From the NCBI GenBank assembly GCA_046723475.1, contig JBKOUQ010000042.1:1-28377 (forward strand): a stretch of 28,377 nt of DNA. Direction: 5' to 3'. Source of the stretch: Candidatus Methylomirabilota bacterium (GTDB taxonomy: Bacteria > Methylomirabilota > Methylomirabilia > Rokubacteriales > CSP1-6). Below are positions 24,913 to 28,377 of this stretch, one piece after another. The translations under genes and the position numbers were made by a program. The notes beneath the pieces were generated by a model. That model had not been told where the DNA came from. It worked only from the letters and a program-made list of their open reading frames with translations, and did not search any database. Numbering within the stretch: position 1 is the stretch's first letter; each line of letters begins with the position of its first letter.

Positions 24913-26094
24913 ATGGACGCGCTGTCGTCGCCGCCGCTGTCCGCGGAGCAGGCCGACCTCGTCGCGCGGATGCACGACCTGGCGCGGACGTGCTTTGCGC
25001 CGCGCGCCGCCCGTTACGACGCGGAGTCCGCGTTTCCGTACGAAAACTATCGCGACCTGCACGCGGCCGGCCTGTTGCCGCTCGCGGTGCCGCGTGCCTG
25101 GGGCGGGGTGGGTGCAGACCCCGTCGCCTATGTCCACGCGCTGCGCGAGATGGCGCGCGGCTGCTCGGCCACCGCGCTGACGTTCAACATGCACAGCACG
25201 ATCACCGGCTTCATCGACGCGCTGGGCACCGAGGCGCAAAAGCGTCGCTGGTTCGCCGACGTCGTGCAGCACGGCCACCTGATCGCTTCGATCACGAGCG
25301 AGCCCGAGCAGTCGTTCCGCGACAAATTCGTCCTCAATACGGTGTTCCGCCGCGCGGAGGGCGGCTGGCGCGTGGCCGGCGTCAAGCAGTTCTGCTCGAT
25401 CGGCGACGCCGCCGACTATTACTTCGTCACGGGCGTGGTCGAGGGCACGACCAGCGCGGCCGAGGGCGTCATCTCCGCGATGATCCCGCGCAGCAACGCG
25501 GGCGTGAAGATCGAAGGCATCTGGAACGCCACCGGCATGCGCGGGACGATCTCGCACACGATCCGCTACGACTGCCTCGTGCCCGATGCCGACATCGTCG
25601 GCACGCCGGGCAGCCTGCTCACCATCGATCTCTCGGGCTTCGCGCTCGGCTATGCCGCGGTCTACCTCGGCATCGGTGAGGCCGCGTTCGAGTACATGCT
25701 CGACTACGCGAAGACGAAGACGCTCAAGCCCTCGACGGAGCCGCTCTCGCACCATCCGCTCGTACAGCGCACCGTGGCGGAAGTCGGCACGCGGCTGCGC
25801 GCGGCGCGCCTGCTCGTGCACGAGGCCGCCCGGCTGCGGATGCACGGCGACAAGGCGGCGACGATGCTCGCCGTCAACCAGGCCAAGGCCTTTGCCGCGG
25901 AGGTCGGGCTCGACGCGACGACCCGCGCGCTGCAGATGGCGGGGGGCCGCGGCATCCTCAAGGAGCTGCCGCTCGAGCGCTGGCATCGCGACGCGCTGGC
26001 GGGCCCGGTGATGCCGCCCTCCAACGATCGCTGTCTCGAGACTGCGGGCAAGTTGCTGTGTGGGCTGCGCGCGGCCACGCTGGAGTTCCAGTGA
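24913..26094 (+). CDS. Acyl-CoA dehydrogenase-fold protein, paralog of 19027..20214 (DszC/SfnB-like flavin monooxygenase candidate)
   Basis: TALTFNMHSTITGFIDALGTEAQKRRWF against [28 protein letters not shown] in the first copy. GVKQFCSIGDAA. C-terminus MPPSNDRCLETAGK against [14 protein letters not shown]. Start at MDALSSPP (ATG 24913). Confidence 0.8.
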   Translation: MDALSSPPLSAEQADLVARMHDLARTCFAPRAARYDAESAFPYENYRDLHAAGLLPLAVPRAWGGVGADPVAYVHALREMARGCSATALTFNMHSTITGFIDALGTEAQKRRWFADVVQHGHLIASITSEPEQSFRDKFVLNTVFRRAEGGWRVAGVKQFCSIGDAADYYFVTGVVEGTTSAAEGVISAMIPRSNAGVKIEGIWNATGMRGTISHTIRYDCLVPDADIVGTPGSLLTIDLSGFALGYAAVYLGIGEAAFEYMLDYAKTKTLKPSTEPLSHHPLVQRTVAEVGTRLRAARLLVHEAARLRMHGDKAATMLAVNQAKAFAAEVGLDATTRALQMAGGRGILKELPLERWHRDALAGPVMPPSNDRCLETAGKLLCGLRAATLEFQ

Positions 26095-27884
26095 CGGCGC
26101 GGCGCGACGATGCCGTCGCCGCGCCGAGCGTCGCGGCGCAAGACGGCATGCCGACCACGCGCGGGCTGAATTTTTACGTCGCGGACCCGAATCTCGAATT
26201 CGTCTGCTCGACGCTGACCTCGGCGGACACGCTCGCCCGCGCACGACCGTGGCTGATCGAGATGGGCGCGGTGGCGGGCGGCGAGCTCGACGCGCTGGCC
26301 GCGGAGGCGGATCGTCACGTCCCCGTCTTGCGTCCGTACGACGCGCAGGGACGCCGGGTGGACGACATCGAGTTCCACCCAGCGTACCGCGCGATGGAGC
26401 ACCTGGCGTTCGAGCGCTTCGGTCTGGCCGCGATGTCGCACCGCGACGGAGTCCTCGGCTGGCCGGGTCGGGTGCCGCACGTCGTCAAGTACGCGCTGTC
26501 GTACCTCTTTGCCCAGTCCGAGTTCGGGCTGCTGTGCCCGGTGAACATGACCGACTCGACGGCCCGCCTCCTCGCGCGGTTCGGCGACGCGGCGCTGCAG
26601 GCGCGATACGTGCCGCGGCTGAGCGCGCTCACGCTCGACGCGCTCTGGCAGGGCACGCAGTGGATGACCGAAAAAACGGGCGGCTCGGACGTCGGCGCGC
26701 TCACCACCGTCGCGCGCCGCGACGCCGACGGGACGTGGCGGCTGTGGGGCGACAAGTGGTTCGCCTCGAACGCCAACGCGGATATGGCGCTCACCCTCGC
26801 GCGGCCCGAGGGGGCGCCGTCCGGCACGCGCGGGCTCGGACTGTTCATCGTACCGCGACACCTGCCGGACGGCACGCGCAACGCGTGGAGCATCAACCGC
26901 CTCAAGGACAAGCTTGGCTCGCGCTCGATGGCGACCGGCGAAGTCACCTACGCCGGCGCGGCCGGCTATGTCGTCGGCGACCTCACGCGTGGGCTCGCGC
27001 AGATGATGGAGATGGTGAACGCTTCGCGGCTCTCCAACGCGATGCGGGCCGCCGGCATCATGCGGCGCGCGCTGCTCGAATCGGTGGTCCACGCGCGCGG
27101 GCGTGCGGCGTTCGGCGGCGCGCTCTTCGACAAGCCGCTGATGCGCTCGACGCTGCTCGAGATGCTGCTCGACGTCGAGGCCGCGGCTTCCGTGGTGCTG
27201 AACGCGGCCGCGATGTTCGACGCCTGGGATGCGGGCGACCCGGAGGCGGCCCGGCTGCTCCGGATCGTGACCCCGGTCGCCAAAGGCTGGATCACCGCAC
27301 GGGCCCGTGGCGTGACGGGCGAGGCGATGAATGTGCGCGGCGGCAACGGCTACGTCGAGGAATGGGTGAACGCGCGGCTGCTGCGCGACGCGTACCTCGG
27401 CGCGATCTGGGAAGGGTCGACGAGCGTCGTCGCGCTGGACGTGCAGCGCGCGATCGCGCGGGACGGTGCCCTCGCGCCGCTCTCGTCCTTCATCGGCCGG
27501 CGGCTGGACGACGTGCGCGAGCGCCATGCGAAGCCCGTGGTCGACGTCGTCCGCGCCGTCGTCGCCGACGTCGAGCGCCGTGCGGCGGGATGGGCCACGC
27601 TGCCCATCGATGCGCGCGAGCTGGACGCGCGGCCGGTCGCCGAGGCGCTCTATCACGCGCTCGCCGTGGCGCTCCTGCTCGACGAAGGCCAGGCCCTGCG
27701 CGCGGCTTCCGACGACCATCACAAGCTCCTCGTGGCCACGCTCTACGCGCGCCGCTGGCTCACGCCGATGCGGCCCGGCGCCGTACCGTTTTCGCCGCGC
27801 GCGCTCGACACCCTCGGACGGCTCGTGGACTGGCGCGCCGTGGACGCCGACGTCTTCGCAGCCGAGGCCTTCGTCCGCGACTGA
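26091..27884 (+). CDS. AidB-like (large-type) acyl-CoA dehydrogenase
   Basis: LRPYDAQGRRVDDIEFHPAYR (compare E. coli AidB LRYDAQGRRLDDVRFHPAWH), MTEKTGGSDV, LKDKLGSRSMATGEV, IWEGSTSVVALDV: colinear with AidB. GTG 26091 overlaps the upstream TGA (GTGA) and has a GGAG SD. Alternative start ATG 26148 (MPTTRGLNFYV) aligns better with the AidB N-terminus. Confidence 0.8.
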   Translation: MTARRDDAVAAPSVAAQDGMPTTRGLNFYVADPNLEFVCSTLTSADTLARARPWLIEMGAVAGGELDALAAEADRHVPVLRPYDAQGRRVDDIEFHPAYRAMEHLAFERFGLAAMSHRDGVLGWPGRVPHVVKYALSYLFAQSEFGLLCPVNMTDSTARLLARFGDAALQARYVPRLSALTLDALWQGTQWMTEKTGGSDVGALTTVARRDADGTWRLWGDKWFASNANADMALTLARPEGAPSGTRGLGLFIVPRHLPDGTRNAWSINRLKDKLGSRSMATGEVTYAGAAGYVVGDLTRGLAQMMEMVNASRLSNAMRAAGIMRRALLESVVHARGRAAFGGALFDKPLMRSTLLEMLLDVEAAASVVLNAAAMFDAWDAGDPEAARLLRIVTPVAKGWITARARGVTGEAMNVRGGNGYVEEWVNARLLRDAYLGAIWEGSTSVVALDVQRAIARDGALAPLSSFIGRRLDDVRERHAKPVVDVVRAVVADVERRAAGWATLPIDARELDARPVAEALYHALAVALLLDEGQALRAASDDHHKLLVATLYARRWLTPMRPGAVPFSPRALDTLGRLVDWRAVDADVFAAEAFVRD

Positions 27885-27923
27885 GCACCGTCCGGAACTT
27901 CGCGGCGGCAGCGCGGTCTAACG

Positions 27924-28377
27924 ATGCGTGAGCCGGTCGGCGCCGACCCGCCCGGGCTGCTCGCGCGCCTGCGTGCCGGTGAGCCGAAGGCGTTCGAGGA
28001 GCTCGTGATTGCCTATCAGCATCGCGTGTTCGGTGTGGCGCTGCGCATGCTCGGCAGCCGAGCCGAGGCCGAGGAGATCGCGCAGGAGGTATTCTTGCGG
28101 GCGCACGGCGCCGTGGCAAACTTTCGTGGAGAGGCGAAGCTCGGCACGTGGCTCTACGGCATCGCCTCGCGCCTCTGTCTCAACCGCCTCGCGTCCCCCG
28201 ACCGTCGGGTGACGCGCGGGGACGCGGCGCTGGCCGACGTGCCGGCCGCGACCGTTGACGCCGCGATGGCCGCCGAGCGGGCCGAGCTCGAGGCGGCCAT
28301 GCACGCGGCCATCGCGGAGCTGCCGGACGAGCGCCGGCTGGTGTTGGTGCTGCGCGACCTGGAAGGGTTATCGTACG
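27924..28377 (+). CDS. ECF-type RNA polymerase sigma-70 family factor, 3'-truncated at the window edge
   Basis: Translation from ATG 27924: MREPVGADPPGLLARLRAGEPKAFEELVIAYQHRVFGVALRMLGSRAEAEEIAQEVFLRAHGAVANFRGEAKLGTWLYGIASRLCLNRL...ELPDERRLVLVLRDLEGLSY, covering sigma regions 2.1-2.4 and the start of 4.2. Confidence 0.8.
   Translation, partial: MREPVGADPPGLLARLRAGEPKAFEELVIAYQHRVFGVALRMLGSRAEAEEIAQEVFLRAHGAVANFRGEAKLGTWLYGIASRLCLNRLASPDRRVTRGDAALADVPAATVDAAMAAERAELEAAMHAAIAELPDERRLVLVLRDLEGLSY

Noticed and set aside
1-28377. CRISPR arrays, insertion sequences, integrases, phage genes, toxin-antitoxin pairs
   Set aside because: No direct-repeat and spacer periodicity, no transposase or integrase motifs (DDE or tyrosine-recombinase RHRY signatures) in any frame I read, and almost no unassigned coding space larger than about 250 nt.

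Overview
GC-rich (about 70%) chromosomal segment with a strong GC3 codon bias. It is densely packed: I call about 29 protein-coding genes, no rRNA, tRNA, CRISPR array or mobile element. Diderm hallmarks (LolA, a PEP-CTERM sorting-signal protein, Tat and lipoprotein signal peptides) and the codon bias suggest a high-GC Gram-negative soil-type bacterium, but the phylum cannot be assigned from sequence alone. Gene order, left to right: (1) a housekeeping minus-strand block yajQ-rimO-pgpA-cinA, with cinA running off the left edge; (2) a VOC/glyoxalase gene that looks split by a frameshift; (3) a minus-strand unit flotillin-like SPFH protein, then Tat-exported sugar SBP, two CUT1 permeases, aat and lolA, joined by GTGA or TGATG start/stop overlaps; (4) a divergent sigma-54 enhancer-binding protein (degenerate receiver-like N-terminus) co-transcribed with an orphan TAXI-family TRAP solute receptor, separated from the flotillin gene by a conspicuous AT-rich intergenic island that carries a candidate sigma-54 -24/-12 element, a sigma-70-like -35/-10 and inverted repeats; (5) an oxidative catabolic-looking block: lone xanthine-dehydrogenase-family molybdopterin large subunit, two-domain extradiol dioxygenase, small hypothetical protein, short SDR epimerase, VOC protein, then on the plus strand two paralogous ACAD-fold (DszC/SfnB-like) monooxygenase candidates bracketing a second CUT1 ABC importer, an HpaB-like flavin monooxygenase and an AidB-like acyl-CoA dehydrogenase, ending with a 3'-truncated ECF sigma factor; (6) a lower-GC PEP-CTERM surface protein between the two halves of that block. 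The most interesting candidates are the PspF-like arrangement (EBP divergent from an SPFH/flotillin gene, with an orphan TAXI receptor) and the flavin-monooxygenase/ABC-importer/molybdopterin-hydroxylase cluster of unknown substrate. All calls are from reading the translations and local sequence; no database search was possible.
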